A stretch of DNA of 64,000 nt, from assembly GCA_965153355.1 (NCBI GenBank), contig OZ231126.1, positions 45,508,001 through 45,572,000 on the forward strand, written 5' to 3'. The position numbers were made by a program, and so were the translations under genes. Shown one piece after another: positions 13,799-26,622 of this stretch. The stretch's first letter is position 1. Every line of letters begins with the position of its first letter. This DNA comes from Flaccisagitta enflata (taxonomy: Eukaryota). The notes beneath the pieces are model-generated. The model did not search any database and was not told the DNA's origin. It saw only the letters and a program-made list of their open reading frames with translations.

Positions 13799-13876
13799 AA
13801 AAAAAAAATATCCGTCTGTCTGCCTGACCTTTTTTGGAAGTGACGACGCACGCGACATAGGCCTAATGACCTTGTT
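13776..13876 (+). mobile_element. 3' fragment of HINE family 1b overlapping the RPLP1-like stop codon
   Basis: Colinear similarity to 39641-39745 and 33120-33226, including GACGCACGCGAC..AGG.CTAATGACCTTGTT. Confidence 0.7.
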
Positions 13877-14518
13877 TTTTTACTGATAGTGGTCTGTGGC
13901 AATGGAAAATCACTTAGAATTGGTTTACAACCATCGCATCGGCAATTAACAATCGCATTTATTGCCTCGAGCTACTGTGTACTCCATAGAAATGCCATAC
14001 CAAAATTGTAAACCCTATGCACACGCATCCTACTTGCATATTCAGGATATGCCCATTGGGCACCCTGGTTATTCCAAACATAAAGGGTATTTTTATTGGA
14101 TGAAACTTTCATTCAGAACTTTTGATTTCGCCGCCTTTCCCTTGTCTAATTTTCATTCAAAACATTCTCTGTTATTAAATAAAAAGAAAGCGATTATCTT
14201 AAACATCTACAAGAGATGTTAGATAGAAGAAAGAAGTTGTCATCTTTTTGGGCAATTCATCCAAAATCCTTGTCACTCTTAACTTAATAGAAAGAAATAG
14301 GAAAAATACAAAACAAAAAAAATTTTAAACTTCGTGAAAAATGCAGGGTAACACCCTTTTTTAGCCTCTCCCAGCGGCACGAGTTTTTATTCATGAAATA
14401 ATCTTCCATTTAGAATTTAAAACCTCATGAACATTCAACTTCTCTCAAACGGAAGGCGTGGCCAGTGCTCTGGCGCAAGAGACGTAGACTTGAAGGTCGA
14501 TGTGTGGACGAAGATGCG

Positions 14519-14660
14519 AGGCGGTAACGGCGGCAGTGACAGCGGTAGAGGCGGCAGTGACAGCGGTCGCGGCGGCAGTGACAGCGGTAGAGGCGGCAGT
14601 GACAGCGGTAGTGGTGGCAGTGATAGCGGTAGCGGCGGCAGTGACAGCGGTAGTGGCGAC
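14519..14660. repeat. 21-bp GC-rich minisatellite (GGCGGCAGTGACAGCGGTAGA)
   Basis: About 6 tandem copies. Confidence 0.9.
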
Positions 14661-15019
14661 AAAGAAGGCAGTGGCAACGTCTAAGGCGGCAGCGGCGGCG
14701 GTGGTTTTTGGCAACAACCTATTTTCTCTTTAATGTTACTATGTCACAATCTGTGATGTGTGGTGCGCGGACCTTTCAAGTTCCTTTCTGACCTTTTCTA
14801 TCGGTTAACCTTCACCAAACCGCGTCGATACTTCTTCTCCTCTTTCCTTCCGAGTTATGTGTTTGTTTCTTTGTTTGTGAGTCGGTGTCTCTGTTTATTC
14901 ATCTGTCCCATTTGTCTATCTTTGTGTTCCTTCTGTTTTCATTCCGTGCGTTGTTTTTTTGTTTCTTTGTTTTTGTCTAAATCTGTTTGCATGCTCTCCA
15001 TTTGTCTGTCTGTCCGTCT

Positions 15020-15076
<57 letters not shown>

Positions 15077-15279
15077 TCATCTCTTCCTTCTTTGTTCCCT
15101 AGGGGCCTCCTCTCCGCATTTCGATTCGTCTTATATTGACCCTCGCACACGCGCTTCGTGTTGATCACTTATATTCACTCCGCTTCTCTCATTTTCTTTT
15201 CTATCTTTCTCTCTTTCTTTCTGCTTTCTTTCCTCCATCTCTCCTTTCTTTTCGTGAAGGAAATTACTAACTTTCCTAC

Positions 15280-15385
15280 TTTTGATTGGTCCAAGCTACG
15301 GATCGAACTCCGCCCCTGATTGGTCAAACAATATGGCTCCATTTTGAGGACGCGCGGCATTGACAATCTTCATCCAATCGATCAT
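15280..15385. promoter_or_regulatory. Candidate promoter (CCAAT boxes, GC box, YY1-like motif)
   Basis: TGATTGG twice, CCGCCC between them, ATATGGCTCCATTTT, a further CCAAT near 15374; CpG-rich. Confidence 0.4.
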
Positions 15386-16304
15386 CCATTTGTCAAGCTG
15401 AAGTCCATCTTCCATGAAAGAAACGTAGCCAACCGAGGCACTTGAGTATATTTAGTATTAATGCCCTTGTTGATGGTAAACGAATCTCGCGCGTCTTTCG
15501 CTCGGGCACAAGGGCAGAGATCAGAGCTTGACTTTTCAGTACTTGTATTTGCTGCGAGGCCTTGGTATTTGTTGGAAATGCTCCACTGGGCACAGCGATA
15601 TTTTTTTCAACGCCATGACTCATGTATGCGCTTCCCCGAGTGTAGTCACATAAATATATTCTTGAAAAGAGACCAGGTGTGTGAGAGACCAGGTGACCAG
15701 TTGACCAGGTATGTGTCATACTGTTATGCTCGGTCAAGTCGTAGCATTTCGTAGCATTTGAATGTACAAACACAAGCCTCTACTCCAATATTGGCAATTT
15801 CGAAATGTTATTATACAGTACCTCAGCTTCCTGTCCATGCTCGCCGATCATAAAACAAGGATGGATACACGGCTGCCCTAGTCGCGTGCGGGTGGAAAAG
15901 AGCCGTATTTGAGGTCACGAGAGCAATTGGGCAGGACCAGTGAGGCCAAAGAACGTCAAAACAGCAGAACGCAGAAATAGGTTCGGCCAATAAACCGATG
16001 GAGGAGCCTACCACAACGCAAACGCAAACGCTATCCCAACGATCAAACCCTACAGAACGTGGGCAAACACCATCTCAAACCCTCAAGCCTACCTACTGTC
16101 GGCAATCGCCAAACCACATTCTTCCCTTCTCCGTAGAACCTGCACGGAGGTTGATTCTCCAGTTAAAAGGAGAAACGGAGTAGCCCAATTATCTTACTGG
16201 AAACATCTTCCCTTCTCACAGTCATTAGCAGCATCCCCGCCCCCTTGCAAGCAACCCCGCCATATCTACTCGCGTGAGTATATGTATGGCCAGAAAGTAA
16301 ATGG

Positions 16305-16367
<63 letters not shown>

Positions 16368-17551
16368 TATCTGTTGTGGGGCGTATCGATTTTGCGCGTG
16401 ACACGAAGTAATCATGTGATGCATCGAGAAGCTTCACGTCAAGATCACGTGACACTGCGCTAGGTTTCATGTCGTTATCGTGTACCATACTTAACTAAAA
16501 CGTCTCATGTCATCTACATATCTTGGTCAAATCATGATCATGCGGTACTGAACCAGGTTTTCTGTCATCATGATGTTCTGTTGGGGGGAGGGGGTTTCAT
16601 GTCATGCCGTGAAAAGAGTGTTACGCCTGGTTTCATGCAGCTATGATAGGTGGAACAATATCCCTAAACATACCCAAACTGAAAAATATGAGAGAGGGCC
16701 TTGTAAGCCCTCACTGAATAGTTACTACGCGCATCATTTCTAGTTTTCCATTTAGCAAAACTTACTTAGCAAAAATCCATTCTTGTTCATATAATACAAT
16801 GGAAGGATATTACTGTACCAAAGGGTTTAAGCAATACTGCATACGAAATTCTACTCGCTGTCGTGCTTTAATTGAGACCATGCACGAATCTATCAATGCT
16901 AAAAGTCAATCATGAAACTGAATAAGAAGTTCACAATAAGGAGACTAACGTCCATTGACATTGGGCATTGTTATATTTCTATATCTTGATTTCTTGACCA
17001 AATCAATTCTCCCATAAAAAAGAATTGTTTCTTTTTCAAAACAAACAGGTTGCGAGGACTATTCGCAAGCGTATAGACGCATATAAAAGTTCCTTGCAGT
17101 ATAGAAAAAATTCAATTGAATATATGAGTGAAAACAACTATTTACTCCGAAACATGGTGGATTGTTACACTTTTTGGTTATACAAAACAGGGTGGGCTAC
17201 ACCTAAGCGAAACGTCCAAAGAATTTTACGATTGCTAAGTGCTTGAAGTCAGTTTGTAGACAGCTTGTAAATGGGAGCCCGGCTTAAAAAGAGTTGAACC
17301 CCTCGCAATAACGGATTGCAAGGAACTAACTAATTTGATTTGTTATAAGTTTATATTGCCAAAATAAGGATAAAAAACAAATGATAAGGAAGGACCAGCA
17401 TATGATATTTGTTACAAGTGGAAAATCTGGTATAGCAGGGTGATTCTGTGTTTAGATTGAATCGATTTCAGCTATAAATTTCATGGTAATTTTTGTATTA
17501 GAAACTAGAAACCTTACTTTGTCCTTCCTTTATGTCCCACAACATTCTTTC

Positions 17552-17619
<68 letters not shown>

Positions 17620-18059
17620 CTCATTCTCATTGTTGCCCGTAGTTCATTGTTAAGGGTGGATCCTATTGTTGTTTGTGACCGATTTGCTCTCGGGCAATCG
17701 GTCAACTAATAGACTCAGAGAGTTATTCACAAATGGCTAAATTAGAAACGCACAAGTGGCAGGGTTTGAGGGCGGTGGAATAGAGGGGTACAAGATGGTG
17801 GGGGGTGACATGAATGAGGTTGAGAGATTGAGAGAGTAGGAGGTAGGGTAGCGATGGAATCGATCGGAGAGATGTTTTCGAAAGAATACGCTTCTTCTTC
17901 TTTTTCTTTTTCTTTTTTTTTTTCTTTTTTTTTTCTTCTTCTTTTCCTTCTTATTCGAATGGAGCGATTTGTAGGCTGTACTAAAAAGCAACCCCAGCCT
18001 AAGCAGAGCCACTGATCCAAGCAAACAATGATCCAGCCTAAACATGATTGCAACCTCTA

Positions 18060-18390
18060 CTTCAACCCAACCGCGGTCCCAGCCCCAACCTTTCCCACCC
18101 TCACCCAATCGCGGTCTCAGCCCCAACCTTTCCCACGCTTACCCAACCGATGTCTCAGCCCCAACCTCCCCCCTCCCTACTCAGTCGATGTCCCAGTTCC
18201 AACCTTTACCACCCTTACCCAGTCGCGGTTCCAGCCCCAACCTTTCCCACCCTTACCCAGTCGCGGTTCCGGCCCCAACCGTTCCCACCCTCACCCAGCC
18301 AAGGTCATAGCTCCAACCTTTCCCACCCTTACCCTACCAAGGTCCAGGCCCCAACCTTAACCACCCTCACCCAACAGCAGTCCCAGCCCC
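18060..18390. repeat. 38-bp C-rich minisatellite
   Basis: Unit CCAGCCCCAACCTTTCCCACCCTTACCCAGTCGCGGTT; period 38 (18221 to 18259); about 8 diverged copies. Confidence 0.85.
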
Positions 18391-18786
18391 TGTCCAAGCC
18401 CTACACGAATGAATGTTAACGGCTTTCAAATCCTTTCTCCTTCTCTTTACTACGCAAATGAAGGCTTCATTTTCTACTCCTCGTTCTTGTTATTCCTGGA
18501 GAAAACTCTCGAGGGGGATCTTTTTTCAATCCTCTCAATGATCTTTTTGTTTGCCGTTTTTCTCTGTTTTTGTTCTTTTGTTTCGTTCCTTTTTTGTCGT
18601 TCGATTTGTCACGACATCTCGTGGACAATTAAACAATTAAAGGAAGAATCAAAAGGTTCGTTGGTATAAAAAAAGGAGAGAGAGAGAGGGGGGGGGGGAA
18701 ATGAGAATGGAACAGAGACAGAGACAGAGGCATGGACGTGGTAATCGCTTTTCTCATTTAAGAATCTAATAAAACAGGATTGGATT

Positions 18787-18889
<103 letters not shown>

Positions 18890-19239
18890 AAAGAGGTGGA
18901 TGCCAATGATGCGTATTACGTAGATCTGCAGTGAAATAGAGATCCTCCGAACGAGATAGTCGAGGACAGTCAGGCGACACGAGAAAAAAACGAAGTTTAG
19001 CATTTCATAAGTTTCGAAATAGGAGTTTTGTTCACTGTTTTTTTTTTCAAATGACGCGATAATGATGAATATTTGTCTTCATCAATAGCGTTTATACTTT
19101 AAGTAGCACCCGGGCGCTTTGGAAAATGAAAATGGCTATTGATAATTCATTGTCCAGTAGCTAATTAGAGATCCCTATTCACTTCTCGATATTTCGTTGT
19201 TTGTTTCGATAAATTTAGAAACTTGGGTGACATTTTTTT

Positions 19240-20618
<1,379 letters not shown>

Positions 20619-20695
20619 CATTTTTTTACAGGCCAATAGGCAAAAAAGAAGTGTCGCATCTTTCAGTCATCAGTTCTATAGATGACGAGGTTCAA

Positions 20696-20840
20696 TTTTT
20701 TAGTCGCGGACACGCGACTCTACACCTTAACGTTTCTGTCGGTCCGTCCGTCGGTTGGTCCCTCTATAACATTTTTGAGTTCCGTCCGGTTGCTCCTGCT
20801 CAACCGACCGCGACTGGATTGCCGTGTATCCGGCCTCATT
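20696..20840 (+). mobile_element. HINE family 1 variant copy
   Basis: TTTTTAGTCGCGGACACGCGACTCTA 5' end, GTCC repeats, GCCGTGTATCCGGC 3' hairpin; same variant at 41430-41591 and 43673-43816. Confidence 0.75.
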
Positions 20841-21055
20841 TCTTTTACATTTGACTACAACTTTGATGATCTCATCGAATTTCCACGCATGAAATCTTAC
20901 AGAGTTATCAGTTGTGAAGGGGAATCCCTTAGCAACGGGCCAGCGTTTTATCTAACCGCAAGAGTCGCTGCATTTCTCTTGTCGCCTTTGTCCGTCTCTT
21001 TGTACTCATCTTTGTTTCTCCATTCGCAATTCTGCCCCGTCTTCTTTTCTCCGAT

Positions 21056-21143
<88 letters not shown>

Positions 21144-23116
21144 TGCCAAACCGTGATAGCACCTTCTCTTCCCAAGTCACTGTGGTTGCATTCAAAGCGA
21201 TGACGTTGTCCGGACCCTGACAACCATTTCTTTCCTTACAGCAAAATGACCTTTTAAATCGAGGGTGCCATGGCCTCAGGGTGAGATATCAAGACTGACC
21301 GCCAACTCGTTCCATTGTTGGCGTAATCGTCACCTTTTGGTGTTTCAAACGATCATTTTGTAATAAATGATAATTTTTTCGATTCTCCCACGCATTTTAT
21401 AATTGAAATATCGTCGTCATGTGCTCAAAAGACGATGATTTAGGAAGTATAGTGGGAACCCGATTTAACGACCTTGAAGGGACTAGGGATTTTTGGTCGT
21501 TGAATCCGAATGTTGTTAAATCGAATTTATAATTTTCTTTCATTGATCTATACTGTTTCATAGGCAATAAACGCTAGCATCAGTGTCTAATTGATAATCA
21601 TAGTTAGTATTCAAGTATTTGTGCAAATGGTCAACAGACATTACGACAGAGGCTCAGAGCTAAAGACAAACAGAATGCCTAACAGATAGACAGACAGACA
21701 GAAAGAAAAAACAAACAAAAACAGGCAGATAAATGTAGCTTTGTAACGACTCACAATGTTATGTAAAAGATAGATATAAGATAGCATAAATAATTTGTGG
21801 GATAAAGATATTGTTAAAAAATAGCCGATTTTGATTCAAATTATTTTTAATAAAAAGTTTATCTACAAATGATATTTCATTCTTTTTGCTCATAGTTAGA
21901 CTTAGACTCGAAAATTTTCCCAGGTCAGTCAGTAGCTCAATCTTTTGCATGGACCTGCTCAGCGCTTTCAATAATGCACATTTCAAATTTCAAGGTTCTG
22001 GCTCAAATACTTAAGAAGTTATGAGCATTTGTTTGAACCATATCAAACTAAAAAGATTCCAGGAGAATCTTTAAACTTTCTTTTGAAATATGGCCGACAC
22101 AAACATTTTTAAAGTTTTTTTGAAAAAAGTGAAATTACAAGATTTTGGATCTAGGCAAATCAAGCAATTTCCTATCAATGAACCCCACTTTTTTTTCAAA
22201 AAAAAAATCCTCATTAAGGGCTTTTTGGGGCCCCTAGGGGCCCCTAAGAAGTTTAAAATGTTGGTCAATGAGATCAACAGACTTATGTGGTATGTGGTAT
22301 CTTTCAAGAACAAATTCAAGCAGATTAGTTCAAGCTAGAGCTCATGCCGTTACTACCTTCGAACCGGCCGCATATGAAGGAGAAATATGAAAATTCACAA
22401 GGACTTAGATTTAGGTTCTGAGGTCAGTATCTATCATGGTTTTTTTCATTTTTTAGCTGCTATTTTGTTCACTTTTTTGTTGAAAGTTTTAGTTTATGTT
22501 AAAATATTTTTCTTCAATTTTATTATATATGAAAGCTTCAATGAAAATTCAATGTAAAGAAACACATAAATAAATCAAAATGTCAATGTCACTGAATCAG
22601 GGAAAAAAAATTTCAAGGGACCCTAAAATAGCGACTTTAAACCAGGTTTGGCTGTTATATCCGGTGTCGTTAAATCAGGTAAAATTAACATTACAAAAGC
22701 CTGCAAAAATTTGGGACCAAAGAAACCTAGATATTAAATCTGAAATGTCGTTACTAGAGATGCAGAGGCGGTAGATTTTTGGACCGCTTCCGCTTCCGCT
22801 TCCAAAAGGCATATTTGAGAATTGACAGCTTCCGCTTCCGCTTCCGCTTTCACCATTTCAAAAAGCATAGCTTCCGCTTCTGCTTCAGCTTCCACCATTT
22901 TAGAAGGCATCGCTTCCGCTTCCGCTTCCGCTTCCGCTTCCGCTTCCGCTTCCGCTTCCGCTTCCGCTTCCACATTGTTGAGTATTTCACTATAATATCT
23001 ATCTAAGTTATATAAGATGTTTTCTTATGTAAAAAAAGAGGTGAGATAAAAGGAGGAAATAAAAGAAATAATAAAAAATATGTTGATGACAAGGCCTCAA
23101 GGCCAGGAGAAGGAGA

Positions 23117-23768
23117 ACAGGTCGCCCAAGGGCAATATGTGGTCAGCGATACCCGTTGCCCTGCTTTTCATGATTTTGAATTGAAGTAAGAGGAAGCAAG
23201 GCAGCGGCCCCGAAGGGGACGAAGTCCTGTAGAACACAGGGGACTTTTGTTTGTTCGTTCGTTCATTCGTTCGTTCGTTTGTCCGTCCGTTCGTCCCCCC
23301 AGGCCCTCTCAGACCTGAAATCTGACCTCTCAGGCCTAAAATCTGCCCTCTCAGGCCTGAAATCTGCCCTCTCAGGCCTGAAATCTGCCCTCTCAGGCCT
23401 TGAATCTGAGAGGGAAGATTTCAGGCCTGAGAGGGCAGATTTTGGGCCTGAAAGGGCAGATTTTAGGCCTGAGAGGACAGGTTTTAGGCCTGAGAGGGCA
23501 GGTTTCAGGCCTGAAAGGTCAAATTTCAGGCCTGAGAGGGCAGATTCAAGGCCTGAGAGGGCAGATTCAAGGCCTGAGAGGGCAGATTTCAGGCCTGATA
23601 AGGCAGATTTTTGGTCTGAGAGGGCAGATTCTAGGCCTGAGAGGGCCTGGGGGGGACGAACGGATAGACGAACGAACGAACGAACGAACGAATGAACGAA
23701 CGAACGAACGAACGAAAGTCCCCTGTGTTCTACAGAACTTCGTCCCCTTTGGGGCCGCTGCCCAAAAA
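23117..23768 (-). mobile_element. Intact family 2 element (asymmetric-TIR, Helentron/HINE-like, internally palindromic)
   Basis: 23201-23400 and 23405-23761 are inverted copies (terminal motif, TTCG microsatellite, 21-bp repeats); about 85-bp unique tail ending on the minus strand in a GCCC-TT-GGGC hairpin and CCTGTT. Confidence 0.7.
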
Positions 23769-23799
23769 GGGTTAAAGAGAGAGTGAGTGAATAAATGAA

Positions 23800-24328
<529 letters not shown>

Positions 24329-25390
24329 AAAAGACAGACAGACAGACAGAAAGAGATAGACAGACAGACAGAAAAAAATCAGATAAAGTGAAAGAAAGAT
24401 AAAAGGATAGACCAACAGAGACAAACAGATGATGGAAAAATATAGTTAAAAGCACTAAAAAAAAATTAAAACACAAAGAGAAGAAAGAAACAATAAAAAA
24501 TAGATAGATTATACTAAAATAAGTTCCACTAAAACTGACATGATTATTGTCAAAATATTGACAGGACCTGAAGTGGAAGCGGAAGCGGAAGCGGAAGCGG
24601 AAGCGGAAGCGGAAGCGGAAGCGGAAGCGCTTGATTATGTCCTTTCGCTTCCATTAGGCTTCCATTAGGCAAAAAAGTTTTCGCTTCCGCTTCCGCTTCC
24701 ACTTGATTTCAAAATTGCGCTTCCGCTTCCGCTTCCGCTTCCATGCTCAAACTACCGCTTCCACCCGCTTCCGCTTCCGCTTCCGCTTCCGCTTCTGCAT
24801 CCCTAGTCGTTACATCAGGTGACGAAAAGGCGGTTGTCCACTTTGGAACTATTGTTTATGCCTTTGACTAATGGTCATGTCAATGACCATTGCCCATTGG
24901 CATTATACCATCATGCTAAAAAGTATTAAAGCCAACTAAGAATAAGGTTTTTTAAAGTATACTTTTAGCGTGACTTCTGACTAGTTCAATGAAAATCTAA
25001 CTAGCTACTAAAATGTCTTCTTATGAAGCAAACAAAAAGTTTTTAATGCTTAACCTTGTCATAAATCAAGTACTTAGTTCGCATTTTGTCAAAGAAACAT
25101 TTTGTAAAGAACCGTGAACCATGAACCGTTTTCTGAATTCCTGAATGTTAATAAAACTAGGCCGGATACACGGCTACCAAAGTCGCGTGCGGGTGGGCAG
25201 GGACAGTGAAAACAAAGGCTAACACAAGCATGTGGGCAGGAGCAGTTATGGTAAAATCGCCCATGAGTGTCAACAAAGCTAACAGCGACCGATGGACCGA
25301 CCGACCGACCGGCCGATGGACATAACGGGTTCGAAAGATTTTTTTTTTATCCATAAGTTCTTATTCCTTTGATTATTCCTGTGTTATATG

Positions 25391-25761
25391 TAGGGCATCC
25401 CAGAAAGGCTGGTTCTGAAGGCTACTTCAAAAAATTATCAAAACCTCTCTTTCATTGGGACCATCGACATCCTCTAGGACCAAAACAATTGTTGTTCTAT
25501 GATTTTTTAAAGAAATGTGCAGCGGGTGCCCTTTAGTAGATTGCTTGTTACAGAGCTGAAAAACGCGAAAAATCACAAAAAACGCCAAAAATGTTTTTTT
25601 TCATCTTATCTTGATACTATTTACCCAAGTCCTACAGTAGTAAAACTATCTAATTCAGCTTCTACAATATATAAACTTGCAAGGACAACAAGAAATCTAG
25701 TTCAGTGTGTCAGAAACCCTTGATTACATCATTATTGGCGCAGCTAAGAGGTGCGAAAAAT

Positions 25762-25800
<39 letters not shown>

Positions 25801-26585
25801 GATTGTTCATCTTGTTTTCTTTGCTATTCCTTGACAAATTGGTAAAAATCCTTGGGGCTGGTCTTGTTTGAAAGATATTAGGTAGTAGAACATAAGATAA
25901 GGAGAAGTAGCTGAAAGGGGTCCCAGTGGGGCCCTCTGGGGGTCCCCAAAGGACCCCAAATGACCAAAATAGCTGAAAATGGCTAAAAAATGAGGGGTTT
26001 TAGAGTTGTTTCTTCTCAAATGTTAATGGGGAGGACAATTTATGTTAAGATACTGTCACCTGGTTTGGAGCAACAAAAGAAAAGGTCAGGGGCCCCTCAG
26101 GGACCTATTCAAGGGGCCCCTAGATGCTCCAAAAGGCTTGAAATGGGCAAAAATGACCAAAATTTAAGCATTTTTATCAATTTTTTGCCATCTTTGACAA
26201 TGAATGGCCTAGTTATCTGTTTAGCTCTCTCATCAGTGCAGCAGAACTAGATAAGAAGGCTGAAGACCCCTGATGGGCCCATCCAGAGGATCTAAAGGAC
26301 CCATAATAGCCAAAAATGAGCAAATCTTGACATTTTTACACAATTCTTCTTTGATACATTGTTGGACTGCACCTGTTTACTGTTTATTGGAAGGATGATT
26401 GATTGATTGATTGAATGATTGATTGTTAGATTGATTCATATGTCATATATCATACCTCAATTATCATACATCATAGATAATAATTTACCTAATAAATGGA
26501 TAGATTTTTAGCTGCTGCTCATGCTTTTATGATCATTGTTTAATCATCATTGTTTTAGGCTTTGTTTCTTGTTTTTGTTTATATT

Positions 26586-26622
<37 letters not shown>

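Noticed and set aside
22734-23006. EAEAEA / RFRFRF ORFs
   Set aside because: Translations of the (GCTTCC)n subterminal repeat of the hAT element
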